From the NCBI GenBank assembly GCA_003280965.1, contig QCDI01000002.1, positions 32,001 through 96,000 on the forward strand: a stretch of 64,000 bases of DNA. The letters are read 5' to 3'. Both the position numbers and the translations under genes were made by a program. The notes below the pieces were generated by a model that had not been told where the DNA came from, made no database searches, and worked only from the letters and a program-made list of their open reading frames with translations. Shown in pieces: positions 53,989 to 63,257 of this stretch. Numbering within the stretch: position 1 is the first letter of the stretch; the number at the start of each line of letters is the position of its first letter. Source of the stretch: Prochlorococcus sp. AG-355-B18. Lineage in GTDB: Bacteria > Cyanobacteriota > Cyanobacteriia > PCC-6307 > Cyanobiaceae.

Positions 53989-54912
53989 GTGAGTTCATTA
54001 AGCGATTTTCTTGGTGAAATTGGGCGTCACCAACTCTTGACTCCCGAAAGAGAACTCACAATGGGCAGAAAAGTCCAAGAAATGGTTGTGCTTGTTAATA
54101 GATGTCAAGAGGCAGGTGGTAAAGGACCTGCTTGTGAGTATTCAGAAGCTGAGAGAAAAAAAATCAAAATTGGTGAAAAAGCCAAAAATGAGATGATAAC
54201 AGCCAACCTAAGGTTAGTTGTGAATCTTGCTAAAAGATATCAAGGCAAGGGGCTTGAGTTGCTGGACTTGATTCAGGAAGGGACATTAGGCCTTACAAGA
54301 GCTGTAGAAAAGTATGATCCCTCTAGGGGGCACAGATTTTCGACCTATGCTTACTGGTGGATTAGGCAAGGATTAAATAGAGCATTATCAACTCAAAGTA
54401 GAACCATTAGGATTCCTGTAAATATTAATGAAAAACTTACAAAATTAAGATCCGCGAAATCAAAGCTCATGCAACTGAAAGGTATCCCCCCTACAAGCAA
54501 TGAGCTGGCTGAAGAAATGAAAATAACTAAAGAGGAAATTGATGAACTCCTATCTTGTGAACTGAGAAGTATTACTGTTAGTCTCCAAGGTACAGTTAAA
54601 TCCAAGTCAGATCCTTCTGAGTTAGTAGATATTCTTCCAAGTGATCAGACTCCTCCAATGGAGTTAGCCGAATTAGCCGAGAGAACAGCCTCTGCTTGGA
54701 AGTTATTAGACAAAGCAAATCTAACTGAAAAAGAAAGAAAAATAGTAAGCCTGAGATTTGGTTTAGATGGTTCAAATGAGTGGAGAACTTTAGCTGAAGT
54801 TGCAAGACATATGAGTTGTAGTAGAGAATATTGCCGCCAAGTAGTTCAACGTGCGCTAAGAAAACTAAGAAAAGCTGGGATACAAAATGGATTAGTCGAT
54901 AGTATTAGTTAA
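53989..54912 (+). CDS. Group 2 (RpoD-like) RNA polymerase sigma factor
   Basis: Region 1.2 (FLGEIGR..LL), ANLRLVV..AK.Y, DLIQEG..GL..AV.KYD, FSTYAYWWIRQ, region 4 HTH; no region 1.1. Confidence 0.95.
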   Translation: MSSLSDFLGEIGRHQLLTPERELTMGRKVQEMVVLVNRCQEAGGKGPACEYSEAERKKIKIGEKAKNEMITANLRLVVNLAKRYQGKGLELLDLIQEGTLGLTRAVEKYDPSRGHRFSTYAYWWIRQGLNRALSTQSRTIRIPVNINEKLTKLRSAKSKLMQLKGIPPTSNELAEEMKITKEEIDELLSCELRSITVSLQGTVKSKSDPSELVDILPSDQTPPMELAELAERTASAWKLLDKANLTEKERKIVSLRFGLDGSNEWRTLAEVARHMSCSREYCRQVVQRALRKLRKAGIQNGLVDSIS

Positions 54913-54950
54913 AGTTTTCAGTTAAACATTTAAAAATTTCATTTATAAGG

Positions 54951-55319
54951 ATGAAAGAGAATCACAAAAACCAAGAAAAAATTTATGATGCTGAAGTTTT
55001 AGAAAGTTCAACATTTGATGAGAATATCATCATCAAAATCCTTATTAAAGCTGGAAGAACAATTGCTAAACCTGCCTTAGAAGTTTTAGAGATGGCTTTA
55101 GATCCTTACACTCCTGCGCAAGTAAGAGTTTCCTTAATGGCTGCATTAGCCTATTTGATTATGCCCTTTGATCTTTTCCCTGACTTTATGCCTGTAGTTG
55201 GTTTCAGTGATGATTTTGTAGCCCTTACTGCAGTACTTAGCATATGGAGTAAATATATGTCTCCTTCAATAAGAGCGAGAGCAGAAAAAAAACTTAATAA
55301 ATTATTCCCTTTCTATTGA
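54951..55319 (+). CDS. YkvA/DUF1232-family protein
   Basis: AALAYLIMPFDLFPDF.P.VG..DD motif. Confidence 0.88.
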   Translation: MKENHKNQEKIYDAEVLESSTFDENIIIKILIKAGRTIAKPALEVLEMALDPYTPAQVRVSLMAALAYLIMPFDLFPDFMPVVGFSDDFVALTAVLSIWSKYMSPSIRARAEKKLNKLFPFY

Positions 55320-55640
55320 ATGAGTAAACTATCTCAAAAGGAAGAAAAAGAATTAGTCTCCTTCATAAAGGATTGGTTAAAATCACATGGATATAATCAA
55401 AAAGATTTGGCATATGAATTAAATATTAAATCGAGCAGAACATCGGAGATTATTCTAAAAATAAACGAATTACATAAAAAAGGAGGTATGTTCAACATCG
55501 CAAAAAATCTTATAAAAATTGAGCAAAAATGGCTAAACGATATCAAAAATGATTTCCCAGAGAATAACCAAACACCACCATATAATCAATTAGATATCGA
55601 CTCTTTAGTAAAACAAATGAATCAAGACACTAGTGAATAA
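55320..55640 (+). CDS. Hypothetical protein with XRE/Cro-like HTH
   Basis: IKDWLKSHGYNQKDLAYELNIKSSRTSEI resembles an XRE-type HTH; abuts the ykvA stop. Confidence 0.6.
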   Translation: MSKLSQKEEKELVSFIKDWLKSHGYNQKDLAYELNIKSSRTSEIILKINELHKKGGMFNIAKNLIKIEQKWLNDIKNDFPENNQTPPYNQLDIDSLVKQMNQDTSE

Positions 55641-55863
55641 ATATATTTTTAGAATTTAGTATTTTAAATAGAAATTGTCTTCTCTTTTACAAAGAAATTA
55701 AAAATAAAATTTATTCCAATTAAAACCTATCTTTTGATATAGAAATATCATTTTACTTCTTAAATATAATCAATGAATAAATTTTTAATGAAGAATATTT
55801 TTATAGAAAATCTATTAATTAATTTATTTAAATTTAAATTTAAAAAATATCAATAAACTTTAT

Positions 55864-56139
55864 TTAAAAAGCCTGAACCCATGGATATATATCATAAGTA
55901 ATCCATATACCTTTTTCCCAATATATATCTTTCTCAATTAAATCTCTTAATTGATATTCATCGCTAGCATTAAAAATTGCAAACAAATATTTAGTACATT
56001 TTGTAGGTCCTAAAGTAACTAAAATATTGCGATCTTTTAAATTTTTAAGCCTTTTAAGATGTTGTTCACGGAATGGTTCCCTCTTAATGATTGCGTCTTC
56101 ACAATACTTCCCAAACACTACATACTTTTCCATTTTCAA
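55864..56139 (-). CDS. YciI-family protein
   Basis: R.PFR.QHL..L, LGPT, D.YW..G.W motifs. Confidence 0.85.
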   Translation of the reverse strand: MKMEKYVVFGKYCEDAIIKREPFREQHLKRLKNLKDRNILVTLGPTKCTKYLFAIFNASDEYQLRDLIEKDIYWEKGIWITYDIYPWVQAF

Positions 56140-56231
56140 AGATAACTAATAGAACAAATATATAATTAATAATTGCATATATTACACACAAATTGCTATC
56201 TTATTTAGGAAGAACTTTCTTTTAATTAATT

Positions 56232-56582
56232 ATGCTCACTGGTAGTGATCTTCTGGCAAAAGTTAAAGTACTTGGAGATGTCAGCAAGTCCGAACTTGTT
56301 CGTGCTTGTGGGTATGTTTCAGCGAAAAAGAATGGGGGGGAGCGCTTAAATTTCACAGCATTTTATGAAGCACTTTTAGAAGCAAAAGGAGTGAATCTTG
56401 GTGATGCTGGAGTTGCTGGCATTGGAAAAGGAGGAAGAAAACTAAGTTATATAGCTACAGTACAAGGGAACGGAAATCTTTTGATTGGCAAAGCATATAC
56501 TGCACTTCTAGATTTAAAAGCAGGCGATGAATTCGAAATTAAATTAGGTAGAAAACAAATAAGATTATTGCCAGCTGATTAA
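56232..56582 (+). CDS. Cyanobacterial AbrB-like transcriptional regulator (cyAbrB)
   Basis: LTG..LL.KVK, CGY, F..ALL.AKG, V..NGNLLIG.AYT, GDEF.I.LGRK. Confidence 0.93.
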   Translation: MLTGSDLLAKVKVLGDVSKSELVRACGYVSAKKNGGERLNFTAFYEALLEAKGVNLGDAGVAGIGKGGRKLSYIATVQGNGNLLIGKAYTALLDLKAGDEFEIKLGRKQIRLLPAD

Positions 56583-56664
56583 ACTTAAAGGTAATAAAAA
56601 AATAATTTTATGTATGATTTAAAAGTTTTTAATTAGTTTTTTTTAATCTCTCAATTAATTAAGT

Positions 56665-57507
56665 TTATTTTTTTCGATCTGCAGCTAAACGCATATCATT
56701 ACAAAATTTACCAACATTATTAACAACATCTTTTTCACTTGAACTAGAAATTCTTTTTATAAATGCACTTCCAATAATTACTCCATCTGCCCCCCATTCA
56801 CGAACTTTATTAACATGTTCAGGAGTGGATATTCCGAAACCAACAGCAATTGGATTATTATTTATTTCTTTTAATTTAGCAATAAGATTTTCTACTCTAC
56901 TTTCCATTTTGTTTCTCTCCCCAGTGACACCAGTTACACTTACTAAATAAGTAAACCCTTTTGTATGATTGGATATTTTTTTCATCCTTTCGAAAGGAGT
57001 AGTTGGGGCAACCAATAAAACCAAGTCCATAGAATGATTACTAACTATTTTAGAAAATTTATAAGCTTCCTCTAAAGGAAGATCAGGAATTATAAGTCCA
57101 GAAACTCCAGCATTGGAAGCTAACTCGCAAAAGTGTTCAAATCCAAAGCATAATAAAGGATTTAAGTAAGTAAAAAGTATTATGGGAACTTTTAATTCCC
57201 CTTTTAAAGACTCTAAAAGGTTAATTACTTTTTTTGGAGTAGTCCCTGACTTTAGTGCTCGAGAGGCAGATAGTTGAATAATAGGCCCGTCTGCTAAAGG
57301 ATCACTATATGGAATTCCTAACTCAATAAGGTCAGCACCATTTTCTTGTAACTTTAATAAGATCTCAGATGTTTTCTCAATATTTGGGTCCCCAGCCATT
57401 ATGAAAGGCATCAAAGCTATTTTTTTATTATTTTTTAACTCATAAAACTTCTCATCTACACTAGATAAAGCTTGATTTTTAGTCATTTGCATTTTGTTTT
57501 CTTTCAT
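56665..57507 (-). CDS. trpA: Tryptophan synthase alpha chain
   Basis: AGDP, IELG.PYSDPLADGP.IQ, YLVS..GVTG, VGFGIS, GADGVIIGSA. Confidence 0.97.
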   Translation of the reverse strand: MKENKMQMTKNQALSSVDEKFYELKNNKKIALMPFIMAGDPNIEKTSEILLKLQENGADLIELGIPYSDPLADGPIIQLSASRALKSGTTPKKVINLLESLKGELKVPIILFTYLNPLLCFGFEHFCELASNAGVSGLIIPDLPLEEAYKFSKIVSNHSMDLVLLVAPTTPFERMKKISNHTKGFTYLVSVTGVTGERNKMESRVENLIAKLKEINNNPIAVGFGISTPEHVNKVREWGADGVIIGSAFIKRISSSSEKDVVNNVGKFCNDMRLAADRKK

Positions 57508-57534
57508 AAAATTTAGATTTTTTCCTGTTTAAAT

Positions 57535-57855
57535 TTATGAATTTTTTTCTAAATCTTCCATTAGTTTTTCCTGATCTTCCTTTGACAATGAATTGAACTT
57601 AGTTTCCAGTTTATCATTAACAACTTTTTCGTACTCTTTTCTATAACGCTTTCTTTGTTCCATAAAAGTCATTTTTCCATTGACAACTCTATAAACATAA
57701 GATGATACCCAAGTAATTACAATAAGAATTAAAATACAACTTGAAATAGTACTAGCTGTAAAATTATCTATGCCAAATTGCGGTGACAAGTTGTAACTAA
57801 TTAATCCTAAAATAGAAACTAATATCCCTATTTGTACAACTTTACCTTTAGTCAA
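57535..57855 (-). CDS. DUF3007-family membrane protein
   Basis: Two TM helices, W..SY..RV..G.MTF.EQ...Y pattern; adjacent to ndhL. Confidence 0.8.
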   Translation of the reverse strand: MTKGKVVQIGILVSILGLISYNLSPQFGIDNFTASTISSCILILIVITWVSSYVYRVVNGKMTFMEQRKRYRKEYEKVVNDKLETKFNSLSKEDQEKLMEDLEKNS

Positions 57856-57859
57856 CTAT

Positions 57860-58093
57860 TTACCCTTTACCGCTTCCCCTTAATCTGAGATTTAAAAATG
57901 GAGAAAATAAAATTAAACCTGGAAAAAAAAGAAATACTAGTCCATATATTCCTAATCTCTCAAATTTGCCCATAACATTCCATCTGTTATTCATCCAGTA
58001 GAATAGTAATAATGGAATAACTAATAAGTAGAAAGATATAACACCAACATAGGCAATTAATGTTGCGAATGAATTATTAAAAATATTCTCCAT
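57860..58093 (-). CDS. ndhL: NDH-1 subunit L (77 aa; ATG at 58093, not the longer ORF-track start)
   Basis: YLLVIP...WMN.RW..MGK.ER...[18 protein letters not shown] motif. Confidence 0.92.
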   Translation of the reverse strand: MENIFNNSFATLIAYVGVISFYLLVIPLLLFYWMNNRWNVMGKFERLGIYGLVFLFFPGLILFSPFLNLRLRGSGKG

Positions 58094-58168
58094 TTTGATT
58101 GATGGCTTCTTAGTTAAAACATAACAATTATTTAGAGTTCTCGTAAGAACTAAAAAATAATTAAAAAA

Positions 58169-58254
58169 TGGGAGTGGGGGGACTTGAACCCCCACGAGCT
58201 AAAGCGCTCGACGGATTTTAAGTCCGGCGCGTCTACCAATTCCGCCACACTCCC
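58169..58254 (-). tRNA. trnL: tRNA-Leu, anticodon UAA, intronless, CCA not encoded
   Basis: Reverse complement GGGAGTGTGGCGGAATTGGTAGACGCGCCGGACTTAAAATCCG...GGTTCAAGTCCCCCCACTCCCA folds as a cloverleaf with long variable arm; anticodon loop CT-TAA-AA. Confidence 0.97.
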
Positions 58255-58275
58255 AAAAGTAATTTGCGCTTTTTT

Positions 58276-58281
58276 ATCGTA
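58276..58281 (-). promoter_or_regulatory. Possible -10 element (TACGAT) for tRNA-Leu
   Basis: TAcgAT about 21 nt upstream of the mature tRNA 5' end; position only, no supporting -35 seen. Confidence 0.3.
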
Positions 58282-58358
58282 ACCGAAAGTATCCCATTTA
58301 ACCAAGAAAAATTGGAATATTTAAACTTTTGTTGAATGGTAAAATTAATACAAATTTT

Positions 58359-59408
58359 TTAATTTACTATCCCATCTACTTGCCATTTTAAAGTTTCACC
58401 AGCGTGTAATGGTTTTATTTGACCAACAATATTTTCCTCTTCAAAAACATCAATAAAATCTACGATTTTATTTGGTTTAGACACTAATTTTATTCTTTCT
58501 TTATTTGGGGGCACATTGTAAAATTTAGGACCATTCAAACTTGAAAACTTCTCAAAATTATCTAAAGCATTTTCCTCTTCAAATACTGTTAAATAGCTTT
58601 CTAATGCTACTGGGGAATTAAAAATACCAGCACAACCACAAAAGGCTTTCCACTTTCTAAGATGTGGAGCCGAGTCAGTCCCTAAGAAAAAACATTCTTT
58701 CCCACTTGTTGCAGCTTTCCTTAAAGCTAATCTATGTTTTTCCCTCTTTGCTACTGGTAAGCAATAAAAATCGCTATTTAAGCCTCCAAAAAACATTGCA
58801 TTTCTATTTATATGCAAATGATGTGGAGTAATAGTAGCTCCAATATTATTTTCTTGAACAAAATCCACTGCATAAGAGGTGGTAATATGTTCCAAAACAA
58901 TTTTTAATTTTGGAAATCTTTTAGCTATTGGTGTAAGTTCCCTATCTATAAATACTTCCTCTCGATCAAATACATCTACTTCAGAATCAGTCACCTCTCC
59001 GTGTATTAAGAGAGGTATTCCAGAATCTTGCATTAATTCAAAAATCTCATACAAATTTTCTATTTTTTTAACTCCATAACTTGAATTTGTCGTAGCATTA
59101 GCAGGATATAATTTTGCGGCAAAAAAGACATTATTTTTGAACCCACTTATTAGTTCCCTTTTATCCGTCTCATCAGTGAGATAAATAGTCATTAATGGTT
59201 CAAACTTAGAAGTTCCTGGCAACGCTTCAACAATAGATTTCTTATATGAAATTGCACTATCAATAGATGTAATTGGATTTTTAGTATTTGGCATGACGAT
59301 AGCTCTTCCGAAATATTCGGATGTAAAATGAATAATATTTTTTAATACAGGGCCTTCTCTTAGATGTAAATGCCAATCATCAGGTTTTAATATGGTTAAT
59401 GTCTTCAA
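58359..59408 (-). CDS. pyrC: Dihydroorotase (homodimeric type)
   Basis: PDDWHLHLR, VMPN, KLYP..ATTNS, HGE, EHITT, CLPV.K, GTDSAPH. Confidence 0.97.
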   Translation of the reverse strand: MKTLTILKPDDWHLHLREGPVLKNIIHFTSEYFGRAIVMPNTKNPITSIDSAISYKKSIVEALPGTSKFEPLMTIYLTDETDKRELISGFKNNVFFAAKLYPANATTNSSYGVKKIENLYEIFELMQDSGIPLLIHGEVTDSEVDVFDREEVFIDRELTPIAKRFPKLKIVLEHITTSYAVDFVQENNIGATITPHHLHINRNAMFFGGLNSDFYCLPVAKREKHRLALRKAATSGKECFFLGTDSAPHLRKWKAFCGCAGIFNSPVALESYLTVFEEENALDNFEKFSSLNGPKFYNVPPNKERIKLVSKPNKIVDFIDVFEEENIVGQIKPLHAGETLKWQVDGIVN

Positions 59409-59529
59409 AATTTTTACTATTTAATCAATTTTAACAACAAATTAAATTTGACAATAAATTATAGATATTCGAGGATAGTTATTAATCAATTTTTTTTAAA
59501 GATTTAAATATCTAAGCTAGATCTTAAAT

Positions 59530-60609
59530 ATGAGTGATTTTTTATTTCCAACAATAGAAATAATATTAGGAGTAATTTTACTTTTTGCAGGAGGAGAGTT
59601 CTTTATAAGAGGAGCCATAAATTTATCTTTAATTTTAGGTATACCTCAAATAGTAATTGGATTAACAGTTGTTTCTCTGGGTACGAGCTCTCCTGAGTTA
59701 TTGGTGAGTCTAAGTTCAATTTTAAAAGGCAGTGATTCCCTTGCAGCTAGCAATGTAATAGGGAGCAATATTTTTAATGTTCTTGTAGTTTTAGGTATTA
59801 GCTCATTGATAACACCACTTAATGTAAAAAGCAGAATAGTCAGAAGGGATGTTCCTCTTTTAATGGCTATTTCAGTTGCAGTTTGGGCAATGTCATCAAC
59901 AGGCCTATTAACATTTCAAGCAGGAATCTTTCTAATATTTTGTTTAGTGTTAAATACAATATGGGAAATCAATACCATCAATGAGAAAGGAGATGATACA
60001 AAAGATGCTGAACCAGAGATAGAAGAGTTGAATGAAAATTATAAAGGGAAGCTAAATATCGTACTAAAGTTGATATTGGGAATATTTCTTTTAAGCTTTG
60101 GTTCAAACATCTTAGTAAATGGTTCTCAAACTCTTGCCACTATTTTGGGTGTAAATGAAATTATCATTGGATTAACTATTGTTGCCACCGGAACATCTTT
60201 GCCCGAATTAGTAACTTCAATAATTGCTGCATTTAAAGGTAAAACAGATCTTGCGATTGGGAATGTAATAGGAAGCAATTTGCTTAATCAACTTCTAATC
60301 CTTGGAAGTTGTAGTATTTTTTCAGGATTTAAAGGATTAGTTATTGAACAAAACCTTATAAAAGTTGATCTACCATTTATGGTTTTAACAACATTTGCAT
60401 GCTTGCCAATTTTCTGGAGCAAAGGAAAAATTTCTAGAATAGAAGGATTTATTTTGCTTAATCTTTATATTTTCTACATTCTAGATAAAATTCTTTACTT
60501 GAATAGATTTAATTATCTTTCTGAATTAAGGATAGGTTTGTTTATTTACTTTTCATTACTAACAATTTTTCTCTTTGCTCAAGAAAAATTAAAATTTTCT
60601 AAATCATAA
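59530..60609 (+). CDS. Ca2+/Na+ antiporter (CaCA, YrbG-like)
   Basis: Alpha repeats GTSSPEL...GSNIFN and GTSLPEL...GNVIGSN. Confidence 0.92.
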   Translation: MSDFLFPTIEIILGVILLFAGGEFFIRGAINLSLILGIPQIVIGLTVVSLGTSSPELLVSLSSILKGSDSLAASNVIGSNIFNVLVVLGISSLITPLNVKSRIVRRDVPLLMAISVAVWAMSSTGLLTFQAGIFLIFCLVLNTIWEINTINEKGDDTKDAEPEIEELNENYKGKLNIVLKLILGIFLLSFGSNILVNGSQTLATILGVNEIIIGLTIVATGTSLPELVTSIIAAFKGKTDLAIGNVIGSNLLNQLLILGSCSIFSGFKGLVIEQNLIKVDLPFMVLTTFACLPIFWSKGKISRIEGFILLNLYIFYILDKILYLNRFNYLSELRIGLFIYFSLLTIFLFAQEKLKFSKS

Positions 60610-60611
60610 TT

Positions 60612-61991
60612 TTAGCCATACATAGTCACAAATTCTTCTGAGATAGTTGGATGCAAAGCCATAGTAATATCAAAGTCTTTTTTGGTTATACCTGCATTTA
60701 ATGAAATTGATACCATTTGAATAATTTCAGATGATGTTTCTCCAAACATATGACATCCCAGTACTTTGTCAGTTAATTTATTAACAACTATCTTCAACAT
60801 GCATTTTGATTTATCCTCTTTAAAAGTATTTGACATAGGCGTAAATTTACATTTGAAAATTTTTATATTTTCCTCAGAGTAAATCTCTTTTGCTCTTTTC
60901 TCACTTAAGCCAACTGTTGAAATTTCAGGAATAGTGAAAACTGCCTTGGGAATATATTCATAATTAACTTTTCTTTTTTGACAATTAAAAAAATTATCCG
61001 AAAAAACTCTGCCTTGTTCTATTGCAACTGGAGTTAAGTTTGGTTTGTTTATGATATCTCCTACTGCAAAAATATTAGCGTTGCTTGTTTGATTAAGTTC
61101 GTTAACTTCTAAAAATGAGCCATCCATCTTGAGATTTAAAAAATTCAAATTCAAAGGCAAAAGATTTGGTTCTCTACCTGTAGCAATAAGGATATTATTA
61201 GTTAGGATTTTATCTCCAGAGCCTAAGGTAGATTCCAAATTCCCATCAACTCTTTTTACAGACTTTAATTGATTTCTGGAAATTATTTTTATTCCATTTA
61301 AAGAAGTTGATTCTTCTAAGCATGAAGATAGATCATCATCAAAACCATTAAGTAAACGTTGGCCCCTAATTAATTGAGTTACTTCAGTTCCCAAATTACT
61401 GAAAATAGAGGCAAATTCACAGGCAATATACCCTCCTCCAACAATTAATATTGAGTCAGGAAACCTATCTAATTTAAAAATATCATCACTACTCCATGCC
61501 AATTCTTCCCCAGGTATATTCATTTTCTTTGGTTTACCTCCAACTGATATGAGAATTTTTTTTGAACTTATATTATTTATAGTTTTCTGTGTTTTTGGAC
61601 AAATTATCTCTAATTCATTTTGAGTTTTAAATCTTCCTAATCCCTCAAAAATAGTTACATTCAATTTCTTTAAAGAATTTCTATGTAAATTACTTAATCT
61701 GAGAACCTCCTCTCTAACATTCTTCAATAAAATATTAGATTCAAAATTAATACCTTCTTTTTTTATTCCATATCCTTCAGAAGAATCTATATTTTTTTTA
61801 CTTTTAGCTGCATAAACCATCAATTTTTTAGGAACACATCCCCTTATTACACAAGTGCCTCCTATTTCATTTACTTCTATGATCGCAACTTTTGCTCCAT
61901 AACTAGCGGCACGTTTAGCAGCTGCCAGTCCTCCAGATCCAGCACCAACAACAATTAAATCAAATTCAAATTCCAAGACTTTTTTAATCAA
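60612..61991 (-). CDS. gor: Glutathione reductase
   Basis: GAGSGG, GGTCVIRGCVPKK, GGGYIA.EFA, LTPVAI, HPTISEE. Confidence 0.95.
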   Translation of the reverse strand: MIKKVLEFEFDLIVVGAGSGGLAAAKRAASYGAKVAIIEVNEIGGTCVIRGCVPKKLMVYAAKSKKNIDSSEGYGIKKEGINFESNILLKNVREEVLRLSNLHRNSLKKLNVTIFEGLGRFKTQNELEIICPKTQKTINNISSKKILISVGGKPKKMNIPGEELAWSSDDIFKLDRFPDSILIVGGGYIACEFASIFSNLGTEVTQLIRGQRLLNGFDDDLSSCLEESTSLNGIKIISRNQLKSVKRVDGNLESTLGSGDKILTNNILIATGREPNLLPLNLNFLNLKMDGSFLEVNELNQTSNANIFAVGDIINKPNLTPVAIEQGRVFSDNFFNCQKRKVNYEYIPKAVFTIPEISTVGLSEKRAKEIYSEENIKIFKCKFTPMSNTFKEDKSKCMLKIVVNKLTDKVLGCHMFGETSSEIIQMVSISLNAGITKKDFDITMALHPTISEEFVTMYG

Positions 61992-62027
61992 TTATTATAG
62001 CGTTAGATTCTAGCTTTAATTCAAATA

Positions 62028-63257
62028 ATGAATGAGATTTTGACATGGGATGATTTAAATAAGTTTGAAATTGATGATCTTGATAGAGTCAATGGTTTTA
62101 ATAATTCCTACTCAAATTTAAGATTATTTGGGAATCCTGAAAATGATGTAATGGTTACCCTCTACAGGGATAGACATTCATGGTGTCCTTATTGTCAGAA
62201 AATATGGTTATGGCTTGAATATAAGAGAATTCCCTACAGAGTAAAAAAAATAAATATGTTTTGCTACGGTCAAAAAGAAACTTGGTTTCTTGATAAAGTT
62301 AGATCTGGCAAATTACCAGCTATTGAATTTAAAGGTCAAATTGTAACAGAAAGTGATGACATCGTAGCTTTTTTAGAAAATGAATTTGGAGCGCTTGGGT
62401 CTTTTATAACATCAAGTCACTTAAAAAAAACTCGAGAATTGGAAAGAGAAATTTTTAGAGCTTGGTGTAATTGGCTTTGCCGAGAAAGCTTTAATTTCAT
62501 AGACAACTCTTTTCGAAAAAAAAGATTTAAGGAATCTATTTCTAAATTTGATGAGATCTTGGGCGCATCAGAATCAGGGTTTATTGACCCAGCAGAATCT
62601 ACTTCAAGTGAATTAGTGCCAGGCATTGGAGATATAATTTTTATTCCTTATATGGAAAGAATGAATGCTTCTTTAACCTACTATAAAGGGTTTAATCTAA
62701 GATCTAATTATCGATATATAGATAAATGGCTTACACTTTTTGAAGGGACAAGTACTTATAGAGGAACTCAAGGAGATTTTCATACTCACTCTCACGATTT
62801 ACCGCCACAGATGGGTGGATGTTATAAAGAAAGCAATGAAAAACAGATTGCTTTCTCTAAATCAATAGATACTGGAGAAGGCCTTGGTAATTTTGAATTT
62901 AATAAAAATTATGATTCAAAATATTACGCTAAATTTGCTCTTAAAAGAATAATAAAGCATAAAAATAATTTAATAAAAGTAAATCCACACGATAAAGAAT
63001 ACTTTGAAGAATCATTGAGATCAGCCTTAACTCATATGATCACAGGTGAAATAAGAACTCCTGAGAAAGTTTCAGGAAAATCTCTGAGATATTTAAAAAA
63101 TAGAATCTCAGTTCCAAGAGATATGCCAATTATTTCTGCAAGGTTATTAAGGCAATCATTAAATAAAATTGAATTACTAGATCAAAATAATGAAGAAGAA
63201 AAGATACCTCTCAAACATAGATATGATCAAGATCCTAAGAATTTTATTTCTAATTAG
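62028..63257 (+). CDS. Glutathione S-transferase family protein with CPYC motif and long C-terminal extension
   Basis: LYRD..SWCPYCQK.W..LE.K.IPY, G.LPA, ESDDI GST-N motifs. Confidence 0.85.
   Translation: MNEILTWDDLNKFEIDDLDRVNGFNNSYSNLRLFGNPENDVMVTLYRDRHSWCPYCQKIWLWLEYKRIPYRVKKINMFCYGQKETWFLDKVRSGKLPAIEFKGQIVTESDDIVAFLENEFGALGSFITSSHLKKTRELEREIFRAWCNWLCRESFNFIDNSFRKKRFKESISKFDEILGASESGFIDPAESTSSELVPGIGDIIFIPYMERMNASLTYYKGFNLRSNYRYIDKWLTLFEGTSTYRGTQGDFHTHSHDLPPQMGGCYKESNEKQIAFSKSIDTGEGLGNFEFNKNYDSKYYAKFALKRIIKHKNNLIKVNPHDKEYFEESLRSALTHMITGEIRTPEKVSGKSLRYLKNRISVPRDMPIISARLLRQSLNKIELLDQNNEEEKIPLKHRYDQDPKNFISN

Noticed and set aside
57860..58195. 111-aa ORF-track version of ndhL
   Set aside because: The N-terminal extension runs into the tRNA-Leu gene; the NdhL-like sequence begins at ATG 58093
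871..62626. Numerous 60-120 aa ORFs antisense to or nested in real genes (e.g. 4842..5117, 9638..9988, 22458..22811, 40220..40582, 47380..47610, 49443..49745)
   Set aside because: They overlap well-supported genes, show no recognisable motifs and have the composition of antisense shadow frames
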